Shown here: positions 22,493-31,665 of the stretch, one piece after another
Layout of the letters: each line of letters starts with the position of its first letter
Position numbering within the stretch: position 1 is the first letter of the stretch
Origin: an uncultured delta proteobacterium
GTDB taxonomy: Bacteria > Myxococcota_A > Polyangia > Polyangiales > JAFGIB01
Length of the DNA: 64,000 nucleotides
Assembly: GCA_963778655.1 (NCBI GenBank)
Contig: CAVZVA010000010.1
Coordinates: forward strand, 1,408,001-1,472,000
Reading direction: 5' to 3'
The notes under the pieces: model-generated
What the model was told of the DNA's origin: nothing
The model's input: the letters and a program-made list of their open reading frames with translations, nothing else
Databases searched by the model: none
Program-made: the position numbers and the translations under genes

Positions 22493-24295
22493 GTGCAGAC
22501 GAGCGTCCAAGCCCCGCACTTCGCGCGCGCGCGGCTCGCGCTTGCCGCCGCGCTGTGCGTGATCGCGGGGTGCAATGGCAAGGCCGCATCGACGCTGGCA
22601 GCCGGATTCGGGTCGTCGGGTACCAAGGACGGCGGGCGGGGTGATGACGCTGGCGCCGACGGCGGCTCGGCCCGGGGCTCCGATGGGGGCCGGGATGCGG
22701 GCTCGGCGTTCGGCTTCGAGCAGCTCGCGATCGACGCTGCGGTGGGGGGCGGTGTGGACGGCGGCGTGCTCGAGGTGCCGTCGGGCTGGAGCTGCCGCAG
22801 CGCGCTCGCGCTCGACCGCGTGTGCGACTGCGGCTGCGGCGGGCCCGACGGCGCGTGCTCCACTCCGGGCTGCACCACGCCCGGTTGCGCGCTGCCGGTG
22901 TGTGAAGCCTGCTTCGACGCCGACGGCGAGCAGCGCGACTGCGGCGCGCCGGGCGCCTGGCTGTGCGAGCGCGCGCGGCGCGCCGACGGGGTTTGCGATT
23001 GCGGCTGCGGGGCGCTCGATCCGGACTGCCAGGGTGGAGGCTGCTACCAGCCCGGCTGCGACGTCGAAGGCTGCGAGCTGTGCCACGACGGTAGCGCCGT
23101 GGGCGATTGCCCCGCGCCCGCTGTGTTTCGCTGCAGCAAGGCGGTCAAGGGCGACGGCCTGTGCGATTGCGGCTGCGGTAACTACGATCCCGATTGCACC
23201 CACAGCGCCTGCGTCGACGCCGACTGCTACGCCTCCGGCTGCGACGTGTGCCATGACCGACTGGGCCGCAGCGTCGACTGCCAGCCGCCGCCCGCTCACT
23301 TCAGCTGCGACCCGGCCGTGCGCGGCGACGGAGTGTGCGACTGCGGTTGCGGCGAGGCCGATCCGGACTGCCCCAGCGGCGGCGGCTGCGCGGAGGTGGG
23401 CTGCACGCAGGAGCAATGCGAGGTGTGTCACGACGCTTTCGGACGCGTGGTGCCCTGTCCGGGGCTGTGGACCTGCGGCGCCGCCAGCTTCGGCGACGGG
23501 CGGCGCTGCGACTGCGGCTGCGGGCGCGCCGACCCCGACTGCGGCGGGGAAGGCTGCGCGGACGCCGGCTGCGACGCCGCCGCCTGCGACGTGCGCCACG
23601 ACGAAAGTGGGCGCGCGCTCGCGCCAGGCGACTGGAGCTGCGCGCCGAGCGCGTACGGCGGCGGGGACGGCTGCGATTGCGGCTGCGGCGCGCTCGATCC
23701 GGATTGCGCCGCCGGCTGCAGCGAGCCCGGCTGTCGCGCGCCCTCGTGCGACCACTGCCGGCTCGCCGACGGCAGCACCTTCAACTGTCGCTTCAGCTGC
23801 GATCTGGCGCGTTACGGCTCGGGCGACGGCTGCGACTGCGGGTGCGGCGCGCCCGATCCGGATTGCGCGGGGCTCGGCTGCTACCAGCCCGGCTGTTACG
23901 CCGACGGCTGCGGGCAATGCTTCGACTCGAGCGGCGACGCGCAGACCTGCGAGCGCGGTGCGTGCGCGGCCGGCTATCAGAACGACGGGGTGTGCGACTG
24001 CGGCTGCCGGCAGGACGACCCCGATTGCATCAGCGCCGACGCCGCCTGCGTCGAGCCCGGTTGCTCGACCGACGGCTGCGGGCGCTGCCACGACCCGAGC
24101 GGAGCCCGCGTCACCTGTCAGGACTGGACGTGCCAGCTCGAAAAGCAGGGCGGCGGCGACGGTTGCAATTGCGGCTGCGGCGCCCCCGACCCGGACTGCG
24201 CGCCGGGGCAGGGCTGCACCCAGGCGGGCTGCTTCACCAGCGGATGTGTCACCTGCCGTAGCGCCGACGGGGCGCCGATGAGCTGCGCACCATGA
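22493..24295 (+). CDS. Cys-rich repeat lipoprotein, nine C(D/N)CGC-DPDC modules
   Basis: VIAG-C lipobox; nine modules of about 55-60 aa with about 10 Cys each; stop overlaps the next ATG (ATGA). Confidence 0.85.
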   Translation: MQTSVQAPHFARARLALAAALCVIAGCNGKAASTLAAGFGSSGTKDGGRGDDAGADGGSARGSDGGRDAGSAFGFEQLAIDAAVGGGVDGGVLEVPSGWSCRSALALDRVCDCGCGGPDGACSTPGCTTPGCALPVCEACFDADGEQRDCGAPGAWLCERARRADGVCDCGCGALDPDCQGGGCYQPGCDVEGCELCHDGSAVGDCPAPAVFRCSKAVKGDGLCDCGCGNYDPDCTHSACVDADCYASGCDVCHDRLGRSVDCQPPPAHFSCDPAVRGDGVCDCGCGEADPDCPSGGGCAEVGCTQEQCEVCHDAFGRVVPCPGLWTCGAASFGDGRRCDCGCGRADPDCGGEGCADAGCDAAACDVRHDESGRALAPGDWSCAPSAYGGGDGCDCGCGALDPDCAAGCSEPGCRAPSCDHCRLADGSTFNCRFSCDLARYGSGDGCDCGCGAPDPDCAGLGCYQPGCYADGCGQCFDSSGDAQTCERGACAAGYQNDGVCDCGCRQDDPDCISADAACVEPGCSTDGCGRCHDPSGARVTCQDWTCQLEKQGGGDGCNCGCGAPDPDCAPGQGCTQAGCFTSGCVTCRSADGAPMSCAP

Positions 24296-27200
24296 CGAGC
24301 GAGCACGGCAAGCCATGGCGGTCTTCGACGCGCGCCGCGCTGTGCGCGCTGCTCGGCGCCATGGGGCTCGCGGCCTGCGCACAGCAGCGCGGCGCATCGA
24401 GCACGGTGCGCGGCGAGGCCACAACGGCCGCGCCCCGCTGTGCCGTGCCCGCGCAGGGCTGCGCGTGCGCGGGCAACCAGCCACCCGTGCCGTGCTATCC
24501 CGAGGTCGACGCGGGCGCCGGCGTGTGCCTCGAGGGCACGCGCTATTGCCACAACGGGCGCTTCGGCGCGTGCGAAAACGTGGTCGGCTACACGCCCTCG
24601 ACCGGCGCGACGCAGAGCGCGCTGGTCGACCCGCTCGCCGAGCACCCGCGCTGCAGCGACTGCGAGCCGAATTGCTACCGCGTGATCGACAACTTCGACC
24701 CGGCCGACGGCCCGCTCGACGGAGGCATCGCGGTCGGCGTGAAATACCACAGCAGCGGCGCCGGACTGACGCTGGCGCCCGACACCAACCTGCTGCCGCA
24801 GGGAGCGCCCGATGGCGGTGCGCCCGACGGCGGCCTGTATCTCGCGCTGCCCGAGGGCCTGACCGCGAGCGACGACCACACCAGTCACGCGTTTCCGGCG
24901 CAGGGCGACGCCTACTTGCTGCTCGATCAGTCGAGCGCGATGGCCGAGCCGACCCAGTGGCTGTATGACGGCTACGACACCGGCGCCTACCTCGGCGCGG
25001 GCGCGAGCTGTGCCAATGGCGACGCGTCGCTGGCCGATGCAGGCGTCTCCGGCGCGCTGCGCTGCATGGTGGCCGACCCCGAGCTCGGGCTGGGTATGTT
25101 CCGCGAGCTGCCGTTCGAGCCCTATGCCGACGATCAGGCGCTGGCCCCGGCCGAGCGCACCGCCGCGGCCTTGCGCCAGATCGCCTATGCCAATGCCAGC
25201 GACCAGAGCGCGGACCTGACGCAGACCAAGCTCGCCTTCGGCCAGCTCGGCGGCGCGCAGCCGAGCGGCGACCCGGACGTGGCGGGCTCGCAGATCCCGG
25301 CGCTGCACGCGGTCGCGAGCGGGCAAGGGATGTTCATGGGCATCAGCCGCGCCTCGCTGCCGGACGCCCAGTGCCCCGCCGGTCGCTGGGGCTATCCCTG
25401 CTTCCGCGACGGCGCGCGGCCGGTGGTGGTGATGGTCACCGGCACGCCCTCTCACAATGGTCCCGACCCCACCGACTATCCCTATGACTACAATCCGGCC
25501 GACCTCGGCATGCTGCAGGGCACGGCGCCCGGCGAGATCGCGGTGCCCGCGGCCAGCGCGGACTTCGGCAGCCCCTTCGCCTTGAGCGGCGACGCGGCAG
25601 GCACGCTGAGCGTGCTCGGCGGCACCACCACGCCGGGCGCCGCAAGCGTGCCGGTCGACGTGGTCGGTTGTCAGGCCAACCCCAACGCCAGCGACGCCGT
25701 GGTGCGCTTCGACGTCACCGCGCCGGGGCCGGCCGGCAGCACCACCCCGATCACGCTCTCGACCGAAGGCTCGAGCCTGCACACGGCGCTGGCGCTGTTC
25801 GACGGACCGGTGCTGCCGCCCGAGCAGCTGGCTGCCTCCGACGACAGCAATGAGTGGCTGGGGGCGGCGTACGCGCTCGGCGACATGACCGCGCGTAGCT
25901 TGCAGGTCTCGGGCGACACCACCAAGCCGAGCGACCCGGGCGCCGACATGGGCGCCGACTATCAGGGCTCGCTGGTCGGGGCTGCGTGCGGCGCGAATTC
26001 AATCGCGCCCGATGCGGCCTTCGCGTTCGACGTCGCATCGGCCAGCGGGCCAACCCCTTTGGAGCTCACGCTCGACATGGGCAACGCGCGCGCGGTGCTC
26101 GCGCTCTACGAGCAGGGCGCCGGAACGCCGCCGCGCTGGCCCGCGCGCACCACCACGCTGGTGGCCAGCGGCAACACCAACGCGTCGGCGGCCAGCGTGT
26201 ACACCGTCCCCAGCGGGGCCGGCAACGAATACGTCACGGTCAAGGGCGACACCTCGACGCTGGGCTCCGACTACGATCAGAGCGTGCTCGGTGCGGGCCA
26301 GTGCAATCCGGACTCCGCGAGCAAGGACGCGGCCTTCAAGCTGCACCTGGACACCACCCGCACGCTGCACATCGACACCGAGGGCTCGAGCTTCGACACC
26401 GTGCTCTCGCTGCATCGCAGCCCGCCGATGACCAAGGCCGGCGCGTCGCTGACCTGGACCGCGGCGCAGACCCACAACGACCAGAACGAAACCGCGACCT
26501 CGGCGTGGGCCGTCGGTCCGGTCAACGGGCTGAGCCAGACCTTCGAGGGCGACACCTCGATGATGCACGCGGACATGCCGGATGGCCTCGGCTGCGGCAC
26601 CGGCGACGGCTGTGCCGACGCCGTGTATGCGATCGACGTTAGCGAGCGGACCACGCTGCGCCTGCAGGTTTCGGGTCAAGGCTTCGAGCCGGGCGTGCTG
26701 GTCACGCGCGCCGACCCGGCCGGGGTCTCCGGTCGCTACCCGCCGTTCGCGCTGGGGCAGAACCACAGCTGCGCGCTCAGCGGAGGCAAGGTGTACTGCT
26801 GGGGCGCCGACGACGTGGGCCAGCTGGGCAACGGCGGCGGCGCCGGTGATCCCGACTCGGCGGCAGCAGTCGCGGCCAGCGCGCTGACCTCGGCGGTGCA
26901 GGTGGCCGCGGGCTGGAACAACAATTGCGCGGTGACAGCGCAGGGCGCCGTGTACTGCTGGGGCGCGGGCGGTGCCGGGCAGCTCGGCGACGGCGCGAGC
27001 GCCGACCGCTACGCGCCGGTGCAGGTCGCGGGCGTCGGCGGCGTTGGGATGTTGAGCGGGGTGGTGCAGGTGGCGTGCGGTACCGCGCATTGCTGCTCGC
27101 TCGCCGGCAACGGCGCGGTCGCGTGCTGGGGCGACGATGGCCACGGCCAGCTCGGCGACGGCCAGAGCGGCGGCTCGCAGCCGACGCCGGTGCAGGTCTT

Positions 27201-30200
27201 GAGCGACGACAGCTTCGAGCAGATCGCGGCCAACGCCGACTATAGCTGTGCCGTGCGCCGCGGCGATCAGGCCGCCTTCTGCTGGGGCAGCGGCGCCTAC
27301 GGCAAGCTCGGCGACGGCGACACCGCCGACGCGTCCACCCCGGTCGCGGTCAGCGGCACGACCGGCGTCAAGCAGCTCATGCTGGGGCACGACCACGCCT
27401 GCGCGATCACGCAGACCGGGCGCGTGCGCTGCTGGGGACGCGGCGCCGGTGGCCGGCTCGGGCAGGGCGGCGACAACTCCGATCACAGCACCCCGGTGTT
27501 CGTGCAGAGCCCGAGCGGCAGCAACGGCTGGCTGGGCGCGGTCGCGAGTGGCTGGGCCGCGGGCCGCGCGCACAGCTGCGTGGCCCTGCAGACCGGGCTG
27601 GTTCAATGCTGGGGTGAGGACGCGTTGCACCAGCTGGGCGACGGCGGCAGCACGACCACAGGGGTGCCGGTCAGCACGCTCGGGCTGCTCGACGCGGTGA
27701 CCGTGGTTTCGTCTTACGACCACAGCTGCGCGCTGCGCGCCGGCGGCACGCTGTGGTGCTGGGGCGACGGCGCGCACGGCAAGCTCGGAGACGGCGGCAG
27801 CGCTTCGCCGCTGCAACCGGTCGCGGCGCAGGCGGGCAGCCCACAGGTCTCGTTCGGGACCGGCGAGATCGATGCGGCGTTCACGCAGGCGTGCCGCTCG
27901 ATCGCGCAGCCGCCCCTTCCGGGCTGCACCAGGCACACCAATGGCGGCCACAGCTACTTCATCTGCAGCAGCCACCAGCGCACCTGGTCGGAGGCGGGCA
28001 CCGCCTGCGAGGCGGTCGGCTATCAGCTCGCCGACGTGGACCAGAGCGGCGAGAACGCGTTCCTGGCTGCGCAGCTCAGCGGGGATACGTGGATCGGAGC
28101 CAAGCGCGCGAGCAGCACTGACTGGATCACGCTTTCGTCCGGCTACGACTTCACGAACCTGCAGGGCCAACAGATTTGGCACACCGAGCAAGTCGGCCAC
28201 GACCAGTGCACTTTCGGCTTCCTGTGCTACTTCGTGGCCACCCGCGGCTTTTTCGTGTCGCCGGCCGCGTCCGACCTGGTTGCTAGCGAGCCCTATAGCA
28301 GCAGCAGCACCTGGGGTGCCGACGACGAGCCGAGCCCGCAAAGCGGCCGCAATTGCGTGATGCTCGGCAGCGACGGGCGCTGGGCCACCGACAACTGCGC
28401 GCTGGACGCCCAGCCGGCCGTGGTCGCGGGCGGGTTCGCGGCGCCGCCCTTTGCCGGAGGCGCGGCGCACCCGTTCGCATGCGAGGAGCGCGATCGCTTC
28501 ACCGACGTCACGCTCGACCCGGGCAGCTACTACGTCACGGTCAAGGGCATCCCCAGCCTGTCGGGCGGCGCGTGCAGCGGGCCCTACGCGCTGCAGATCT
28601 CAGACCTCGGCAGCCCCAGCGGCGGCTACCTCGGCTGCGACGACAACGGCGTGGCCGAGACCACCGCCTCCGTGATCGAGCAGACGCTCGACCCCGGCGA
28701 CTACTACCTGGTGCTCAAGGGCAAGCACGCGAGCGACGCGGGGCCCTACCAGCTCACCGTGCGCGACGTGGATGCGGTGAGCGTGAACGAGCTGGCGTGT
28801 GCCGGCGGTCAGGGCGCCGGCGACCCGGCGAGCATGACCTTCACCGCCATGCCGGGCAAGACCTACTACGCGCTGGTCAAAGGCGATGCGCCGCTCGACA
28901 AGGGTCCCTACACGCTCGCGGTGCGCGCGCTCAGCGGCACCGGGCAGAAGGTCGCCTGCGACGCCGGCAGCGGCACCGACGGAACCTCCGCGCTCGATCT
29001 GCAGCTGCCGAGCGGCACCTACTATGCGGTGGTCACCGGCTCCGGCTCGGACGACTCGGGCACGTATCGGCTCACGCTCGGCGGAGCCAACCCGGTGAGC
29101 GCGACGTTCGCGCCGCCGAGCTACGCCGACACGATCGCGGCGCTGGCCGACAAGCACGTGCGCGTCGGCAGCGTGCTTGCGTGCACGCCGGGCGAAGCCA
29201 GCTGCGACGACGCCCAGGCGCAGGCGGCGCTGCTCGCCCAGGACACGCACGGGGTGGTGCGCGCCGCGAACGGCGCCGAGGACGTGCCGCAGCAGGTGGT
29301 GAGCGCGCTGCGGGCGCTCGAGAGCTTCGATAGCGTGCACGCCGAGCTGCGCTTCAGCCCCGACTCCGATCCGGGCTTCGTCCAGCCCGAGGTGCGCGCA
29401 GTCGACGATCCGGCCAACGCGTGCCTGCCCGGCGGCGACGCCGCGAGCTTCGGCCAGTGCGCGCCCGGCTCGAGCCCGAGCTTCAGCGTGTCGCTGACCA
29501 ATCCGGCGCTCGACCCAGTGCCGCCTTCGAGCGCGGCCGACGGCGCGTACCGCTTCACGTTGCACGTCGAAGGCACGCGCGAGGGCGCGACCGAGTGGAG
29601 CGAGGACGTGCCGGTCGTCGCGGTGCCGACCGGCGCGGCCCCGCCCATGACCTACACCCAGGGCAGTTACCACCAGGACTTCGATTCGCGCGGGTGCAGC
29701 ATCGACAGCAACACGCGACCTTCGTGGGACGGGCTGCGCTTCGACGCCGACGTGAGGCCGGACACCCAGGTGGTGTTCTACGCCTGCACCGCCGACAGCC
29801 TGCCCGACCTGGCCAACTGCGGCAGCGGCGGGCTGAGCTCGGGCTACAAACGGGTGGCCACGCTCAGCGCGGGCCAGGGCGCGGGCACGCCGTGCAGCGT
29901 CGCGACCCAAGACAGCGATTGCCCCGGCGGCTACTGCTCGCCGTACACCTCCGTGTGCAACTACATCGAGGGCGCGAGCTGCATGCAGGACAGCGACTGT
30001 CCGGGCAGCCAGCCGGGCCGCTGCCGTGCAGGGCCGTCGGCCGCGACGCTCGGCACCACCTGTGCCGTGCCCGATCTGATTGCCAACCCGGGCAGCGCGC
30101 TCGGCGCTGACAACTACCGCGTGGTCATGCGCCTGCGCACCGACCTGCAGTCGTTCGGCGACGGCTCGCGTGCCCCCGCGGTGTTCTCGCTGGAAACGCA

Positions 30201-30225
30201 GTATCGTTGTCACGACGTGGAGTAG
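24292..30225 (+). CDS. Giant surface lipoprotein: split vWA-like domain, split PPC-like repeats, RCC1 propeller, C-type lectin-like domain
   Basis: GLAA-C lipobox; DAYLLLDQSSAM and CFRDGARPVVVMVTG (vWA-like); DTEGSSFDTVL and PGxYYxVVKG motifs (PPC-like); seven CWG RCC1 repeats; TWSEAGTAC...WIG...NCV...GRW...PFACE (CTLD). Confidence 0.85.
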   Translation: MTSEHGKPWRSSTRAALCALLGAMGLAACAQQRGASSTVRGEATTAAPRCAVPAQGCACAGNQPPVPCYPEVDAGAGVCLEGTRYCHNGRFGACENVVGYTPSTGATQSALVDPLAEHPRCSDCEPNCYRVIDNFDPADGPLDGGIAVGVKYHSSGAGLTLAPDTNLLPQGAPDGGAPDGGLYLALPEGLTASDDHTSHAFPAQGDAYLLLDQSSAMAEPTQWLYDGYDTGAYLGAGASCANGDASLADAGVSGALRCMVADPELGLGMFRELPFEPYADDQALAPAERTAAALRQIAYANASDQSADLTQTKLAFGQLGGAQPSGDPDVAGSQIPALHAVASGQGMFMGISRASLPDAQCPAGRWGYPCFRDGARPVVVMVTGTPSHNGPDPTDYPYDYNPADLGMLQGTAPGEIAVPAASADFGSPFALSGDAAGTLSVLGGTTTPGAASVPVDVVGCQANPNASDAVVRFDVTAPGPAGSTTPITLSTEGSSLHTALALFDGPVLPPEQLAASDDSNEWLGAAYALGDMTARSLQVSGDTTKPSDPGADMGADYQGSLVGAACGANSIAPDAAFAFDVASASGPTPLELTLDMGNARAVLALYEQGAGTPPRWPARTTTLVASGNTNASAASVYTVPSGAGNEYVTVKGDTSTLGSDYDQSVLGAGQCNPDSASKDAAFKLHLDTTRTLHIDTEGSSFDTVLSLHRSPPMTKAGASLTWTAAQTHNDQNETATSAWAVGPVNGLSQTFEGDTSMMHADMPDGLGCGTGDGCADAVYAIDVSERTTLRLQVSGQGFEPGVLVTRADPAGVSGRYPPFALGQNHSCALSGGKVYCWGADDVGQLGNGGGAGDPDSAAAVAASALTSAVQVAAGWNNNCAVTAQGAVYCWGAGGAGQLGDGASADRYAPVQVAGVGGVGMLSGVVQVACGTAHCCSLAGNGAVACWGDDGHGQLGDGQSGGSQPTPVQVLSDDSFEQIAANADYSCAVRRGDQAAFCWGSGAYGKLGDGDTADASTPVAVSGTTGVKQLMLGHDHACAITQTGRVRCWGRGAGGRLGQGGDNSDHSTPVFVQSPSGSNGWLGAVASGWAAGRAHSCVALQTGLVQCWGEDALHQLGDGGSTTTGVPVSTLGLLDAVTVVSSYDHSCALRAGGTLWCWGDGAHGKLGDGGSASPLQPVAAQAGSPQVSFGTGEIDAAFTQACRSIAQPPLPGCTRHTNGGHSYFICSSHQRTWSEAGTACEAVGYQLADVDQSGENAFLAAQLSGDTWIGAKRASSTDWITLSSGYDFTNLQGQQIWHTEQVGHDQCTFGFLCYFVATRGFFVSPAASDLVASEPYSSSSTWGADDEPSPQSGRNCVMLGSDGRWATDNCALDAQPAVVAGGFAAPPFAGGAAHPFACEERDRFTDVTLDPGSYYVTVKGIPSLSGGACSGPYALQISDLGSPSGGYLGCDDNGVAETTASVIEQTLDPGDYYLVLKGKHASDAGPYQLTVRDVDAVSVNELACAGGQGAGDPASMTFTAMPGKTYYALVKGDAPLDKGPYTLAVRALSGTGQKVACDAGSGTDGTSALDLQLPSGTYYAVVTGSGSDDSGTYRLTLGGANPVSATFAPPSYADTIAALADKHVRVGSVLACTPGEASCDDAQAQAALLAQDTHGVVRAANGAEDVPQQVVSALRALESFDSVHAELRFSPDSDPGFVQPEVRAVDDPANACLPGGDAASFGQCAPGSSPSFSVSLTNPALDPVPPSSAADGAYRFTLHVEGTREGATEWSEDVPVVAVPTGAAPPMTYTQGSYHQDFDSRGCSIDSNTRPSWDGLRFDADVRPDTQVVFYACTADSLPDLANCGSGGLSSGYKRVATLSAGQGAGTPCSVATQDSDCPGGYCSPYTSVCNYIEGASCMQDSDCPGSQPGRCRAGPSAATLGTTCAVPDLIANPGSALGADNYRVVMRLRTDLQSFGDGSRAPAVFSLETQYRCHDVE

Positions 30226-30227
30226 GC

Positions 30228-31601
30228 ATGGCGCAGCGCGGGCTCAGCGGCGGGGTAGCGACGGTGCCGGCGCGTGCGCGGGCGCGAGCGGCGTGGGCTT
30301 TGTGCCTGTGCTGCGCGCTCGGCTGCGGGAACAAGCAGGGCGGCACCGCAGTCGCCGGCGCGGTGGGCACGGGGCCTTCGCACCAAAAGCCGCGCCAGGC
30401 CGACGAGGACGCCGGTTCGCCTGCGCCCGCGCTCGACGCGGGCATGTTCGACCACACCATCGCGTCGGGCGGCGGCCTGCTGTGTGGCTACGACGACGCC
30501 GACATGCTGATGCTCGCGGGCAGCTCGACCCTGCCCGAGCTCGCCAGCGCCACCGACGAACGAGGCTTCGCGCTGCTGTTCCACGATGCGGCCGGTGCGC
30601 TCTTCATCGAGGCGGTGCCGGTGGGTGGCGCGGCCCATGATCCGGTCGAGATCGTCGCGCCGAGCGACGCTGCGGCCGGGATCGCGCTGGCGGTCAGCGG
30701 GCAGCACTTCCTGCTCGGTTGGCGCGACCAGGACGCCACGGCCCAGACGCTGCACGCGCGCGAGCTGAGCAGCGCCGGCACTCCGACCCGCGTGCTCAGC
30801 AGCGCGCTGGTGCCGAGCACGCAGGGCGGTGAGCTGTGCGCGCTGCTCGGGCTCGACGACGGCTTCATCGCCGGCTGGCTCGAGCAGAGCGGCTCGAGCC
30901 AGCAGCTGCGACTGCAGCGCCTGGACGCGGATGGCGCGCCCGCCGGCGCGGCGGTGACCGTGCCCGGGGTGGGCGCGCTCGCGCCGCAGGACGTACACCT
31001 GGCGCGGCTCGACAGTGGGCGCACGCTGCTGGCGTGGCTCGAGCGCGGCGACGACGGGCAGGGACACGTGATGGGGCAGGTGCTGGCGGCGGACTTCACG
31101 CCCGAGGGCGACTCCAGCGAGCTGTCCAAGAATGCGGTTCACGACGCGCGCTTCGACTTGGCGGCGCGCGCGGGCAGCGAGGGCTTGATCTACCACGCGC
31201 TCGACGGCGACGTGCGCGACGCGGTCAAGTACCGCCGCCTCGACCCCGACGGGAAAGCGTCGCAGCCCGTGCTCAACCTGGTCAACGCTCCGGGCCGTGC
31301 GCGCGACGGCGCGATCACACCGTTCGGACAGGGCTACGCGGTAGCCTACCGCGTGCTGCCCTCGCTCGGCGTCGCGGAGCCCGCGATCCACGTCGCGTTC
31401 ATCAACCAATTCGGCGAGGTCGTGCACGACGCCGATCTCGGCGCCACCACGGAGCAGGGCGGCCGCACCTCGGTCGCGGCCACCGAGGATGGCCACGTGC
31501 TGGTGAGCTGGACCACGGTGTTGCCCTCGGGCGCGGCCAGCCGTGCGCTCAAGCTGTACTGCCCAGGCGCGCTGGTGTTGTGTGGCGGCCAGGTGCAGTG
31601 A
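30228..31601 (+). CDS. Lipoprotein, probable beta-propeller
   Basis: CALG-C lipobox; repeated strands ending in W (FLLGW, FIAGW, LLAW, LVSW); starts 2 bp after the upstream stop. Confidence 0.7.
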   Translation: MAQRGLSGGVATVPARARARAAWALCLCCALGCGNKQGGTAVAGAVGTGPSHQKPRQADEDAGSPAPALDAGMFDHTIASGGGLLCGYDDADMLMLAGSSTLPELASATDERGFALLFHDAAGALFIEAVPVGGAAHDPVEIVAPSDAAAGIALAVSGQHFLLGWRDQDATAQTLHARELSSAGTPTRVLSSALVPSTQGGELCALLGLDDGFIAGWLEQSGSSQQLRLQRLDADGAPAGAAVTVPGVGALAPQDVHLARLDSGRTLLAWLERGDDGQGHVMGQVLAADFTPEGDSSELSKNAVHDARFDLAARAGSEGLIYHALDGDVRDAVKYRRLDPDGKASQPVLNLVNAPGRARDGAITPFGQGYAVAYRVLPSLGVAEPAIHVAFINQFGEVVHDADLGATTEQGGRTSVAATEDGHVLVSWTTVLPSGAASRALKLYCPGALVLCGGQVQ

Positions 31602-31665
31602 GCGCAGCGCAGCGAGGCTGGCGTCCCGCTTGCGCGCGGGGCCGGTCTGGATGACGCTCCGGGCC

